From positions 1 through 38,352 of the IMG/VR virus record IMGVR_UViG_3300038701_001393: a DNA stretch of 38,352 bases. One strand, given 5' to 3'. Both the position numbers and the translations under genes were made by a program. Positions 9,560 to 18,887 of this stretch are shown piece by piece; the first letter of the stretch is position 1, and every line of letters begins with the position of its first letter. A model generated the notes under the pieces. It was not told the origin of the DNA. It ran no database searches and worked only from the letters and a program-made list of their open reading frames with translations. This DNA comes from a virus.

Positions 9560-10277
9560 GTTTTTTTGCCTTCTTTGAATGTTTATAGAACTTGGGCATA
9601 CGATCGCTATAACTTGCAGAGGAATTAACCTCCATTAGTGTTTCATACCACTCATCCGCGAACTCTTGGTTTTCGTAACCTTCAAAACACGGAGAGCCTA
9701 ACGTGAAATGCACAATCTTGGCGTTAGGATTTGGATCGTACTCACCCACCAAATGGTTATATTCAGGAGGTAGTTCGCCAATACGTTCTGGCGTGGTCCA
9801 TTCGAACCGATGTAAATACTTGCCTGTAGCTTTACTGACACTGTCACAGGTTAGTTTTCTTACAGGATAATTTGAGCAGTTAAACAACATAACAGAAGAC
9901 CAATTCTTCATCGGATAGGCGTGCTGCTCATTTCCCAAGAACTTAACCTTATCTTTCGGGATGTAATCATGCTTAACAACGTGTACATCGTTGCCGCCTT
10001 GGTATAGATCGAATATCTCAGCGATATCACATCTAACCAGTATGTCGCAATCCATAAACAGGGCTAAACCTTTATATCCAGCCAGATATGGGGTAAGAAA
10101 TCGAGAGAAAGAAAACTCCGTACTTCCATCCTCTTTATCGCGCTTAAAGTTTCTCATATTCCCCATGTTAATAGGGGTGATGGACACCGGATGTGAAGAG
10201 TGTTTCATTATTGAGTGAGCGCACACATGATATGCGGCCGTTTCGTTTGAGTCATAGCCTATAAAAACGTTTAACAT
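9546..10277 (-). CDS. GT-A glycosyltransferase, family 8-like
   Basis: 243 aa. NVFIGYDSNETAAYHVCAHSIMKHS.., FSFSRFLTPYL, DxD in ALFMDCDILVRCDIAEIF, and a late IVHFTLGSPCF. The order and spacing are typical of GT8 (RfaJ/LgtC-like) enzymes. Confidence 0.7.
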   Translation of the reverse strand: MLNVFIGYDSNETAAYHVCAHSIMKHSSHPVSITPINMGNMRNFKRDKEDGSTEFSFSRFLTPYLAGYKGLALFMDCDILVRCDIAEIFDLYQGGNDVHVVKHDYIPKDKVKFLGNEQHAYPMKNWSSVMLFNCSNYPVRKLTCDSVSKATGKYLHRFEWTTPERIGELPPEYNHLVGEYDPNPNAKIVHFTLGSPCFEGYENQEFADEWYETLMEVNSSASYSDRMPKFYKHSKKAKKRANK

Positions 10278-10459
10278 TTAATCATATCCCAGTCATCTTT
10301 GGCTTGAGCGCCATTAATATTGTACTTAGCGCCATACCCTCTAACCCATCGAGAGTAGTTCCATTGTTTTTTCTTTGCATGAATCATCGATTTGAACATC
10401 TCCACCTTGTTCACTGACAATTCGCTTTGCTCGCTTACAGGTTTCTCGCCATCGCTCAT
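10271..10459 (-). CDS. Possible small overlapping ORF (62 aa, or 42 aa from the internal Met)
   Basis: It overlaps the last 119 nt of the TPR-GT gene in another frame. Its TAA overlaps the ATG of the GT8 gene (ATGTTAA). No motif, so it could be a chance ORF. Confidence 0.25.
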   Translation of the reverse strand: MSDGEKPVSEQSELSVNKVEMFKSMIHAKKKQWNYSRWVRGYGAKYNINGAQAKDDWDMIKC

Positions 10460-11726
10460 TTTGCTTCTGCCTTATTAATTTAACGGATTTATACCAAGGA
10501 AAATCACCTTTCATATGGTATCGATAACCAGGATGAGAGGGTGTTAGTACGTAACAAGGAACACCCAAAGCCCCGGCCACATAAACAACTGTAGTGCACG
10601 ATGTAATGACGTAGTCCAATTGAGATATTAGAGCGGCTAAGTCATCAATAACACCACCCTTGGCCGTAACGTTATAGCGTTTTAAATCATACTTTTCGGC
10701 TATTTCATCGCTCACAGCCTTATATTCTAGGCTTATAAAAGTATCTTCGTCGTTGAATATGGGCTCTAAGTCTTCGATCTCTAAGGATCTTCTTTTTTCG
10801 CCCGTGCTTTTCAATCCTCCCCGCCATGCCACGCCCACCTTTTTACCTTTGAATGAATCAAACAGCGCGCGCCACATAATTACTTGCTCTGGATCAGGCT
10901 TAAGATAAGGATCACCGGGGTACGCATCATCACTTCTTCGATAGAAATACGGGAGTTGACCGATAGCACACTGATAATCAAAATGCTGATCAGCAGCCCT
11001 CGATTGCGTTTTAAACCGATCACCATAAACCTCACAATCAAATGATCTATCAAACAAGCTTTCTAACCGAGAGTCACAATCAAAAATAACTTTATTAGTC
11101 TTCAAAACATCAGCAAGACACGAGGCAAACATAATCTCATCGCCTACACCTTGCTCGCCGTAGATTAAGACCGTGCCAGGTTCACCATTCCAGTCGGGTT
11201 TACCATAATCCCTAGCCTCCCGATGTTTTACACCAAGTGTTGCGTAGTAATCTTCCCAGCCACCCCAATCACGCAGCATAAGCCTTGCTAGACCGCGGTT
11301 GTGAACAGCAGCAGTTAGCATGGGAGATAAAGATAAGGCCTTCTCTGACAGCTCTATGCATCGCTCAGGCTGCCCTGTTTGTAGACACATAAGACCATGA
11401 TTAGCTAAAGCTCTGTGATTCTTGCGATCCAACTTAAAGGCTTTCTTGAAATAGGTCTTCGCCTTCTCGGGGCTTGACTCCTCCAAACACATGCCCATGT
11501 TTGACCATATTTCAGACATGTTTGGCTTTAATTGAGCACACCGCTGATAGATTTGATAGGCAAGACCATAACGCTCGGCTTGCATCATGATATAACCAAC
11601 CATGAATAGCGCCATTTGCCCGTTGTCGGTGTCGTATCCTTCGTTAAGGATGTCGTTACAGATTCGAAGAGCCTCGTCTGGCTCATCTTGAATGATGGAT
11701 TTTGCGTATAGCAATTCTTTGTGCAT
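10341..11726 (-). CDS. TPR-repeat protein fused to a GT-B (GT9/heptosyltransferase-like) glycosyltransferase domain
   Basis: 461 aa with a GAGGAG SD. The N-terminal ~150 aa are TPR-like (AYQIYQRCAQLKPNMSEIWSNMGMCLEE; AKTYFKKAFKLDRKNHRALANHGLMCLQTGQ). The C-terminal part has LIYGEQGVGDEIMFASC, KKVGVAWRGG and DDLAALISQLDYVITSCTTVVYVAGALGVPCYVL, as in GT9-type enzymes. Confidence 0.65.
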   Translation of the reverse strand: MHKELLYAKSIIQDEPDEALRICNDILNEGYDTDNGQMALFMVGYIMMQAERYGLAYQIYQRCAQLKPNMSEIWSNMGMCLEESSPEKAKTYFKKAFKLDRKNHRALANHGLMCLQTGQPERCIELSEKALSLSPMLTAAVHNRGLARLMLRDWGGWEDYYATLGVKHREARDYGKPDWNGEPGTVLIYGEQGVGDEIMFASCLADVLKTNKVIFDCDSRLESLFDRSFDCEVYGDRFKTQSRAADQHFDYQCAIGQLPYFYRRSDDAYPGDPYLKPDPEQVIMWRALFDSFKGKKVGVAWRGGLKSTGEKRRSLEIEDLEPIFNDEDTFISLEYKAVSDEIAEKYDLKRYNVTAKGGVIDDLAALISQLDYVITSCTTVVYVAGALGVPCYVLTPSHPGYRYHMKGDFPWYKSVKLIRQKQNERWRETCKRAKRIVSEQGGDVQIDDSCKEKTMELLSMG

Positions 11727-11749
11727 AAGCTCCTCAAGGGTTGGCTTAG

Positions 11750-12073
11750 TTAGATTTTATCTACGGTTAATAACGCCTTGTAGTCGCGCTGAATAATCTT
11801 TTCGATCTTTGGAAGGTCGTCCTTATTATTCCAATCGAGGTTATATTTTACCAGAATCTCATGAAGAACAGTATTTGGCACTGTGGCAAAGTGATACCAA
11901 TCAGATTTAATACCCTGGCGTTTATATGACGAATCATTAGCTAGCTGTTTTGTGTGTTTTAAAATAGCCTGAACATCTTGCTGTTGCGAAATTAAAAACT
12001 TACCGCTCCCATCAGCTTCAAAGTAAGTAGAAGTTCTAGTGGTGGGGTCATATTCCAATAATCGTTTACTCAT
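11750..12073 (-). CDS. Hypothetical protein (107 aa)
   Basis: ORF with a GGAGAAAAG SD immediately after the MCP terminator. No motif recognised. Confidence 0.6.
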   Translation of the reverse strand: MSKRLLEYDPTTRTSTYFEADGSGKFLISQQQDVQAILKHTKQLANDSSYKRQGIKSDWYHFATVPNTVLHEILVKYNLDWNNKDDLPKIEKIIQRDYKALLTVDKI

Positions 12074-12085
12074 CTTTTCTCCAAT

Positions 12086-12106
12086 AAAAAAGGGGCCGAA
12101 GCCCCC
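12086..12106 (-). terminator. Rho-independent terminator downstream of the major capsid gene
   Basis: Minus-strand RNA reads GGGGC-UUCG-GCCCC followed by UUUUUUAUU, a GC stem with a UUCG tetraloop and a U-tract, 20 nt after the MCP stop. Confidence 0.8.
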
Positions 12107-12126
12107 TTATTATAACTGACTAGGAA

Positions 12127-13095
12127 TTAAACAGTACAATCCGTAATTTTACCGGATGCAGCCTCATTCTTAACTTGAAGTGTGTACTCTGCTGTAATCA
12201 TGGTTCGATCACTATCGCCAGTCTTAGCTAGATCAGTGAACTCCATATCACGAAGCATCGCCACACCTAAGTACTCCATATCCAACACAAAAACTGTAGC
12301 ATCACGCTGGAAGCGGCTAGGAACAACCTTCAAAATGCCAAAGTTCGACTTATAGAAGTCTACAGCACCCATCAGTGTTACATCCTGGTTAGCGTTAGCA
12401 TCAGTTTGTAGCGTTGAAATACCGCTGAACCCTGAGATCTGTGTGCGGTTATGAGGGCCACACATAATAACCTTAGGATCACCACCTTGGTTCCAGCACT
12501 CTTGAATTACTTCATCAAGATCAGCTTTAGTAAATGAGCCAGCAGTAGAAGCATCAGTAGGAGCTGCAACGGTGCCAGATGAGAAACCCGGAGTAGTTAC
12601 GCCTGAAGCCGAAACACCAGCAGATGTTTTATTTGTTGCCAGCCACGACTCGAGAGAAGCCAAAGAGCGCGCAGTACCAGCACCACCAGCAGAAGACGCC
12701 TGGTTGCGAGTCAATGCAAACTCCATATCACGCTTGATTTCACGACCACGCTTAGCAACTTGGTATGCAAATTCATCGGCGCGACCCGCTGTATCGGCAG
12801 CACGCTGAGTGCCAGATACAGAGACAGTCTTGCGTGAGATTTGGCAGTAGTTACCTACGCGAGTTGTAGCAACGAAAGTGTTAGCCGTAGCATCATCACC
12901 TTCAATTTGACGGTTAGCGGCAGCAGACTCTAGAGCGTCTGTTTGCCATTCATGATACACCGCACTAGCAGAGCCCTTAGAAGCTTCTGACAAGAAAGGA
13001 GTATCCATTGGAGAGATATCGTAAATAATATCTACAAGATCTTCTCGGTTACCAATTGCCGCATGTGCGGTTACTGTATTAGTAGGGACAGCCAT
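12127..13095 (-). CDS. Major capsid protein (HK97 fold, DUF5309/SU10-type)
   Basis: 322 aa. The N-terminus AIGNREDLVDIIYDISPMDTPFLSEASKGSASAVYHEWQTDAL is the hallmark start of this MCP family. It follows a scaffold-like gene and is followed by a strong terminator. Confidence 0.85.
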   Translation of the reverse strand: MAVPTNTVTAHAAIGNREDLVDIIYDISPMDTPFLSEASKGSASAVYHEWQTDALESAAANRQIEGDDATANTFVATTRVGNYCQISRKTVSVSGTQRAADTAGRADEFAYQVAKRGREIKRDMEFALTRNQASSAGGAGTARSLASLESWLATNKTSAGVSASGVTTPGFSSGTVAAPTDASTAGSFTKADLDEVIQECWNQGGDPKVIMCGPHNRTQISGFSGISTLQTDANANQDVTLMGAVDFYKSNFGILKVVPSRFQRDATVFVLDMEYLGVAMLRDMEFTDLAKTGDSDRTMITAEYTLQVKNEAASGKITDCTV

Positions 13096-13099
13096 GATT

Positions 13100-14077
13100 T
13101 CACCTCATTAATTTCTTAATTGCTGCCTGGGCGTCAGACATCTTTCCGGTCTTTTTCAATCTGCTGCGCTGTTCTTGCACTTTAGATCTCGAAATCTCTT
13201 CTTTTGTCTTAACATTCCCAGCTTTAACGTTTTTGGGTTTAACTTGTACTTTCTTGGTTTCCGGCTTGGCAGACTTTAATTTGTCATACATAGCCGCCTT
13301 GCGAGCAATTACCAAAAGACGATGATCAATAAAGGGTCGTAAAGCATCTCCCTCAATTCCCATTCCCACCAACATATCATTAATAAGCTTGGTTTCTTGA
13401 GTTTGGGTCCCCTCATCCAACCACTCAGGAACAGCTTGAAATAAAAGCTCTTTCTCTTTCTCTAGTCGCTGCATAGATTGCTGCTGTTGAAATTCTTGAG
13501 CCTCTTTTTTCATTTCGGCCAAGCGATTAGCTTTAGCCTCTAGCTTTTCCTTCTTTTTGTAATACTCTTGCGGGTCGTACTCTTTAAGCTCTAGATTCTC
13601 TTCGCTGTTTAAATCTTCAGCCTCGACAATCAACAACTCTTCTGCTTGCTTCACTTTCTCAGCAAATGCCGCTTTCTCTTTCGAGAACTCATCACGCTGC
13701 CTAGCCACTTCCGAAGTCTTCTTGCGATAATCCGACTCCATCATGTAGCCTTTCTTAAGCTCATCAAGCGGTACTTCTCGCTCTTCACCATTCACTTTAA
13801 CTTTGTATGTTGGCTCCGGTTCTGTGTCGCTCTCAGATGTTTCCACCTCCGGCGTCTCTTCCGATTCCTCGTACTCAGTATCTTGCTCTTGGTGTTCGGA
13901 AACCTCGTCAGTTTCCTCAGCAATCTCCTCAACTTCTGGCTCTTGCTGTGCCTCTTCAGGACTTTCTGCCGTTTCCGGCTCGCTATCGCTTGGCTGGGTG
14001 GGCGTTTCCGCCTCTGGCTGCCCCTGCTGCAATAATTGTGCGATCTGGCTTGCGCCATGGTTTACATCGACTCCCAT
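13100..14077 (-). CDS. Scaffolding protein, putative
   Basis: 325 aa. The N-terminal third is extremely acidic (EPE/EET runs) and the C-terminal part is a Lys/Glu coiled coil. It lies between the portal and the MCP. Confidence 0.55.
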   Translation of the reverse strand: MGVDVNHGASQIAQLLQQGQPEAETPTQPSDSEPETAESPEEAQQEPEVEEIAEETDEVSEHQEQDTEYEESEETPEVETSESDTEPEPTYKVKVNGEEREVPLDELKKGYMMESDYRKKTSEVARQRDEFSKEKAAFAEKVKQAEELLIVEAEDLNSEENLELKEYDPQEYYKKKEKLEAKANRLAEMKKEAQEFQQQQSMQRLEKEKELLFQAVPEWLDEGTQTQETKLINDMLVGMGIEGDALRPFIDHRLLVIARKAAMYDKLKSAKPETKKVQVKPKNVKAGNVKTKEEISRSKVQEQRSRLKKTGKMSDAQAAIKKLMR

Positions 14078-14096
14078 AGGGTTGGTCTCCGTTGGT

Positions 14097-14381
14097 TTAT
14101 AATTCTTGCACTCGTCTCACTACTAGCGGCTTATTGAGTTGGTCTAAAGCCCTAGATCCAGACTTAATATAACCCTTAAAAACATTCTCAACTAAATCGA
14201 CCGCCTTTAGGGTGTAGTAATAACCTTCTCTATCTATCGATTGATCAAAACTACTAGAAGCAATGTTCCGATAAATATTATCTCTTATATCACTAAATGC
14301 GCTCTTGATCAATTCGTCATCAAGTAGCTGCTTTGTTCGCTCACCTTTACGGCGCTTCTGTTCTAGCTCTATTTCGTTCAC
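14097..14381 (-). CDS. Hypothetical protein (94 aa)
   Basis: The GTG start overlaps the portal stop (GTGA at 14378..14381). It lies between the portal and the scaffold. Confidence 0.5.
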   Translation of the reverse strand: MNEIELEQKRRKGERTKQLLDDELIKSAFSDIRDNIYRNIASSSFDQSIDREGYYYTLKAVDLVENVFKGYIKSGSRALDQLNKPLVVRRVQEL

Positions 14382-16414
14382 ATTAATGCTCCGGGTACGT
14401 TTTGACCTGTGTCAGCCTCGGTCTTGGTGGCTAGCTCTGTTAATTTAAATGCTAGCTCTTCATCAAACTGTTTGGCCTCCTGTGCCAACTTCATTAGCTC
14501 CATTTGCTTCTTATCAGCCATCTCTTTGGCTTTTAAAGTATCCCTTTGATTTACTTCTGCCATTCTTGCTTGAGCCTTAATTAGCTCTGCCTCAGCTAGT
14601 GGATTCTGCTGCACTTGAGCTTGCAGTTGCTGGACAGCTTTAGTTAAAAGCTCATTCTGAGCCTGCAACACCTCTTCCGGCTTCTCAGGATCATTAAAAT
14701 ACAAGGATGACTCTTTTAATCCCGTCTCGACCACCAACTTGTCTAGTGTGTTATAAACCTTGGCCTCATCTGAAAGCGTGGAACCTTGGGCAATCAATTC
14801 TAATTGACGCTGAAGTATCACATTCAAATTGACAATCTTCTCGTTGCGGTCGCCACTACCCAAACCCACATCAACCATGCAGTCTAAGTTATATCGCCAT
14901 GATGTCGGATCAATCTCTAACGGCTGTCCTGACACGCGAATCTGGATCTTATCTTCCTGATACTTAGTAATCAGATTGATTGTCTTGCGAAATAAATCCT
15001 TTACCCCCGTCTCGGCAAACACACGAGCAATCAACTCCATACGCTGCTGTGAGTAGTCTGAGATACCCTTAAACCCTGTAGCTGTATGGTTTAAAGCATC
15101 CGCATCTAATCCTTGAGAGAATCGTGTAAACCCTGTTCGGCGTTCTGAAGATGAATCAATATACTCAACTTCTTGTAATATTTGCGCCACTTGGGGCTGA
15201 GTAATGATAGGAGTGACTGCATCACCAATAGGGCCTTCACCGTCAATATGAATACCACCGCCAGGACGAGGAGTGAAAAGATCATCTTCATCGACACGAT
15301 CGTTATAAGCAATTCTTTGATAGTTTGTCGCATAAATATTATCTAATGACTGTCGAACCAATACCGACTTAGTGAATTGAATATCCGCCACCTGCTCGGC
15401 GGGACATGTACCAATAGCTCGATGCGGAATGGGGACTGGGGTAACCACCGCAAACGGATGCTCATCCCACAAATTCTTTTCCAATATTTGATCACCAGCC
15501 TCAAATATCTGCCAAAGCTCAGTTATACCATCTTCATCAGCATCGATATAAGCATACATCTCTGTAAGCTCTACCAAATCATTGCTGCGGTTAGGAACCG
15601 ATACATCTAGATTGTTGTTGTCATAATCATGGTAGCGGGCATTCTTTTCTTCAGAGTTATCAATGCGTGTTTGACCAGGTAAAGACATTACCACCTCTTT
15701 ATCAAACCCCATCTCTATTAGCTCTGAGCGCGCCTTGGGTGTCGTATGACCTATCATTGGAGGCTTAACAAAATCTCTTGCTCTGCGACTTATCAGGAAT
15801 TCTTCTGGAGGGATATTCTCATATATGACCTTGCTGTGCTTCTTCGTTCGCTTAACGGTGGCGTCATAAGTAACGCTGGCAATTACACCAATAGACGTCT
15901 CAATCTGCTCTACATCTTGCGCAACTTCCTTCACCTCGGTCTCTTCATCAGCTAATAAAGCTTCATATTCATCCTGAGATAACCCCGAGTAATTTTCCTC
16001 TGTCACCTCCTCTGCCTCGTCGTGCATCACTTTCACGGCGCCCGTGTATTGGAGCAATGCATCCTTAAACATGTTAACGAGAGTTAGTACACCCTGATTC
16101 TGACGATAGAACACATAGTTAGCCAGCTGTGTCTTTTGTTCCGCCTCATCATCAGCGCTAGAATCATCAGCGGTGAACTTCGCCACCTCCTTACCCTGAG
16201 TAAACACGCGGATAAGACTAGGGAGCATACCCTCAACAATGTCTGAAACATCACTAGAAACAAAACGAGAACGACCATCAACCTCATCACCGAAAGGCTG
16301 CTGATTGTAGTAATCCATTAATTTGGCGCGCTTAGCTCCTATCTCATCCCTGTAGGATATAGAATCATTCTTTTCCGCTTGAACTATATTCAAGATTTCG
16401 CTGTCGTTGAGCAT
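14378..16414 (-). CDS. Portal protein
   Basis: 678 aa. The N-terminus RAKLMDYYNQQPFGDEVDGRSRFVSSDVSDIVEGMLPSLIRVF is typical of P22-type/podovirus portals. It has a long C-terminal coiled coil and is downstream of the terminase. Confidence 0.85.
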   Translation of the reverse strand: MLNDSEILNIVQAEKNDSISYRDEIGAKRAKLMDYYNQQPFGDEVDGRSRFVSSDVSDIVEGMLPSLIRVFTQGKEVAKFTADDSSADDEAEQKTQLANYVFYRQNQGVLTLVNMFKDALLQYTGAVKVMHDEAEEVTEENYSGLSQDEYEALLADEETEVKEVAQDVEQIETSIGVIASVTYDATVKRTKKHSKVIYENIPPEEFLISRRARDFVKPPMIGHTTPKARSELIEMGFDKEVVMSLPGQTRIDNSEEKNARYHDYDNNNLDVSVPNRSNDLVELTEMYAYIDADEDGITELWQIFEAGDQILEKNLWDEHPFAVVTPVPIPHRAIGTCPAEQVADIQFTKSVLVRQSLDNIYATNYQRIAYNDRVDEDDLFTPRPGGGIHIDGEGPIGDAVTPIITQPQVAQILQEVEYIDSSSERRTGFTRFSQGLDADALNHTATGFKGISDYSQQRMELIARVFAETGVKDLFRKTINLITKYQEDKIQIRVSGQPLEIDPTSWRYNLDCMVDVGLGSGDRNEKIVNLNVILQRQLELIAQGSTLSDEAKVYNTLDKLVVETGLKESSLYFNDPEKPEEVLQAQNELLTKAVQQLQAQVQQNPLAEAELIKAQARMAEVNQRDTLKAKEMADKKQMELMKLAQEAKQFDEELAFKLTELATKTEADTGQNVPGALM

Positions 16415-16538
16415 TACGAGGCGCCTTTTTCTTTGGTTTATTCATCTCTCGCAGTTCATCTATTTGCTTCTGCTGCTGTTCCAGCATAGCTTTTAGGCCT
16501 GCTATATCTTGTTGCATGTACATTAACGTGCTATTCAT
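16365..16538 (-). CDS. Possible small coiled-coil protein (57 aa) between terL and the portal gene
   Basis: Not in the track (<60 aa). ATG 16538; MNSTLMYMQQDIAGLKAMLEQQQKQIDELREMNKPKKKAPR... It fills the terL-portal gap and runs 50 nt into the portal gene in another frame. Confidence 0.3.
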   Translation of the reverse strand: MNSTLMYMQQDIAGLKAMLEQQQKQIDELREMNKPKKKAPRNAQRQRNLEYSSSGKE

Positions 16539-16551
16539 TTTACCTTTAACC

Positions 16552-17802
16552 CTATGCTATTGATAGTTTAGGATACTTTTTAACCCTTGACTTCGCTGAT
16601 TTATCTTTCCAAACCACCGCAAAATACCTAAATGCATCCGCATAATGCGACGCCCAATTGTGCAGAGGCTTGCTTTTAAACACTCCGCGCTCATCATCAA
16701 AATCCCGTCGATACCCCTTTAATGCCTTAACCCCATCTCTAGTCATAGGTTCATTAAACCAGCATCTGGGAAGGATCTGTCTAACCGCATTAATCCCATC
16801 AATCACAGGGATGTTGGGAACCTTCTTGAGCTCTATCCCCATGCTCTTGGCTGTCTCTAATCGAGACTTTCCTGTAGTTAGCTCTCGAACCGCTATATCG
16901 TGTGGCGCGTGATGATCACCAAATACAACTTTATTCTTAGCCCTAAACTCATGAAGATAATTAATAAAATAATCTATGCCTTCGTTATAGCCAGAATAAC
17001 TATGTACAAACCTAAGCTCCTGTCCCCTCTGCTGCATAAACCAAATAGTCATGTCGTCATCCACACCAAGATCCCAGAATGTATGAACTGGAAGTGATGG
17101 CTCAATAGGGAATTCTTTAATCTGATCTTGAGTGATATGTTTTTGATAATAAGCGCCATCATGATTGGCTACCGGCTGGCCTTCCCATATCCACCTGTAT
17201 AGATTCTCATCCTTTTTAAATAAATGATCCTTCTCTCTTCTCAATTCGTCTGGAAACCAAGGGTTGTCCTGCCAATTAACCTTAAGAATTACCGACTTCT
17301 CTGGAGGCTCAATAACAAAACGTTGGTAAGTATCATCCATCTCATCCCTTGGGTTAAAACTTACCCATATCTCACTCTTAGGCTTTCGTATCGTAGGTAT
17401 GAGAGTTTCCCAAGATGTAAAGGTTACAGACTCTGCCTCTTCCACCCATACAATATCGATACCTTCCATAGATTTGATCTTGGTAACGTTAGACTTAAGG
17501 CCTTCGAATATAAATCTTGACCCATTGTTGGCTAGAATCTGTGTCTTCTGTACTTCAAAGAATGAGGTGAGACCCATGCGGTCTATAGTGTCGGATAGCA
17601 ATTGGATAACAGAGTCACTTATAGATCTCTGTATCTCACGCGCACATAGAATGCGAGTGGGTTTTTGATATGCCTGTAATACAAGGAGTGTGGCGATAGT
17701 CCAAGACTTACCTGACCCCCTGCCTCCATAAGCCACTTTGTACCGTGATGGGCTTAAGAATGGCTGTAGCTTCTTGGGAATATTAAGTTGGAGAGACGAC
17801 AT
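16552..17802 (-). CDS. terL: Terminase large subunit (Terminase_3 / PBSX XtmB type)
   Basis: 416 aa. Walker [11 protein letters not shown], Walker [10 protein letters not shown], and nuclease-half acidic motif [14 protein letters not shown]. Confidence 0.92.
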   Translation of the reverse strand: MSSLQLNIPKKLQPFLSPSRYKVAYGGRGSGKSWTIATLLVLQAYQKPTRILCAREIQRSISDSVIQLLSDTIDRMGLTSFFEVQKTQILANNGSRFIFEGLKSNVTKIKSMEGIDIVWVEEAESVTFTSWETLIPTIRKPKSEIWVSFNPRDEMDDTYQRFVIEPPEKSVILKVNWQDNPWFPDELRREKDHLFKKDENLYRWIWEGQPVANHDGAYYQKHITQDQIKEFPIEPSLPVHTFWDLGVDDDMTIWFMQQRGQELRFVHSYSGYNEGIDYFINYLHEFRAKNKVVFGDHHAPHDIAVRELTTGKSRLETAKSMGIELKKVPNIPVIDGINAVRQILPRCWFNEPMTRDGVKALKGYRRDFDDERGVFKSKPLHNWASHYADAFRYFAVVWKDKSAKSRVKKYPKLSIA

Positions 17803-18034
17803 TTACTGTAATAGTCTGAGGTAAAGTGTTATTACCGTCTGCGTCTTCGAAGGTGGTATTTACTAAATCAGGTAGTTTTTTCTTCAGTAATATCTCGGCT
17901 GCACGTATCTGTGATGCGGTCATTATTTCCTCATCACTAAGTGCATGTTTATTAAGCCGATTTATCAGCTGACTACACTGAATCTTATCCCTTGTTTTTT
18001 GGTCTATTCTTGTGAATGTCTTTCTTGCTGCCAT
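17783..18034 (-). CDS. Terminase small subunit, putative (83 aa from ATG 18034)
   Basis: It lies immediately upstream of terL and overlaps it by 20 nt. [18 protein letters not shown]...[17 protein letters not shown] resembles the A-x-x-L-L-x-K-x-L-P-D-L segment I associate with small terminases. The track start at 18085 lies inside the neighbouring mini-ORF. Confidence 0.45.
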   Translation of the reverse strand: MAARKTFTRIDQKTRDKIQCSQLINRLNKHALSDEEIMTASQIRAAEILLKKKLPDLVNTTFEDADGNNTLPQTITVNVVSPT

Positions 18035-18131
18035 CTTTAATAGTTCCTGTCGGTTGACTATTGAATATACGATCCCAGTTATCACTGAATCGCTTATGAT
18101 CGGTTGGTCTTTGTTTTGAGCCTTTACTCAT
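17985..18131 (-). CDS. Small basic protein (48 aa)
   Basis: Not in the track. ATG 18131 makes an ATGA overlap with the stop of 18128..18433. MSKGSKQRPTDHKRFSDNWDRIF... resembles a widespread mini-protein motif (RP..x..F/Y..NWD.IF). Confidence 0.4.
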   Translation of the reverse strand: MSKGSKQRPTDHKRFSDNWDRIFNSQPTGTIKDGSKKDIHKNRPKNKG

Positions 18132-18433
18132 TGGTTTACAAATACTATTCCAGGTGTGTTAGCCGCTACTGTTACTGCTACCCTATATTTACCCGGGACA
18201 TTAATTAATCTCTCTGGGTTGGTTGCTGTTAATACCAAGTCTGTTCCATCATCCATCGTTGCCGGATTGTTAACACTGCCATCTGGTGCATCATAGTATA
18301 CCGCAATATTGGCACTTCCATCTAAGTTGGTGCTTCTTAACACAGCAATATGACCTTCAATCACCTTAAATGACCTTGAAGATGTCGATACTGCACCCGA
18401 TTGGGTTGTGTCTTCGATAAGAATTGCACTCAC
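18128..18433 (-). CDS. Hypothetical beta-rich protein (101 aa)
   Basis: ORF whose start overlaps the upstream stop by 4 nt. No motif. Confidence 0.55.
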   Translation of the reverse strand: MSAILIEDTTQSGAVSTSSRSFKVIEGHIAVLRSTNLDGSANIAVYYDAPDGSVNNPATMDDGTDLVLTATNPERLINVPGKYRVAVTVAANTPGIVFVNQ

Positions 18434-18885
18434 ACTAATGCTCTAAGTGTCTTCTTTACGTCTTCTAGTTTATCTTCATACAGCTTTTTAGATGCTAATG
18501 CTTCTTGTTCTTTTTCAGCTGCATCTGCTAATTTCTGCTTTGCTTTGAGTAGCTCCACTTCAGCTTCTTTTAGTTTTTGATCTGCCTTAGCTTTAGTATC
18601 CACGGCCTCAGCCTTTAGCCTTTCAGAATCAGCAACAGCATTATCTATCTTGGCTTGCTTGGCTTGGATCGCATTATTAAGGTTTACAAGTTTGGCCTTC
18701 TGCTCTGCCAGATCACCCTTTTTAGCTTCAATCTCTTTCTCAGCTGCAGCCTTCATTTGCTCAATAGAGCGGCCCTTCATGTAATCAGTATGGGCCTTTT
18801 TAAAGCTTTCCTCTTGATCCTTTAAAGCTTGAGCCGCCTTTATTGCGCTTGCTGTGTCTGTTTTGGTTAAACCAACTAAAGCCAT
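18430..18885 (-). CDS. Hypothetical Ala/Lys/Glu coiled-coil protein (151 aa)
   Basis: Continuous heptad-like sequence (AEKEIEAKKGDLAEQKAKLVNLNNAIQAKQAKIDNAV...). It is in the late unit. Confidence 0.55.
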   Translation of the reverse strand: MALVGLTKTDTASAIKAAQALKDQEESFKKAHTDYMKGRSIEQMKAAAEKEIEAKKGDLAEQKAKLVNLNNAIQAKQAKIDNAVADSERLKAEAVDTKAKADQKLKEAEVELLKAKQKLADAAEKEQEALASKKLYEDKLEDVKKTLRALV

Positions 18886-18887
18886 TG

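Noticed and set aside
9795-9812. tRNA T-arm-like ggtccattcgaacc, plus ggttcgat at about 28828. I checked these for hidden tRNA genes.
   Set aside because: Both lie inside coding sequence. Neither has an acceptor or anticodon stem partner at tRNA spacing. No cloverleaf can be drawn.
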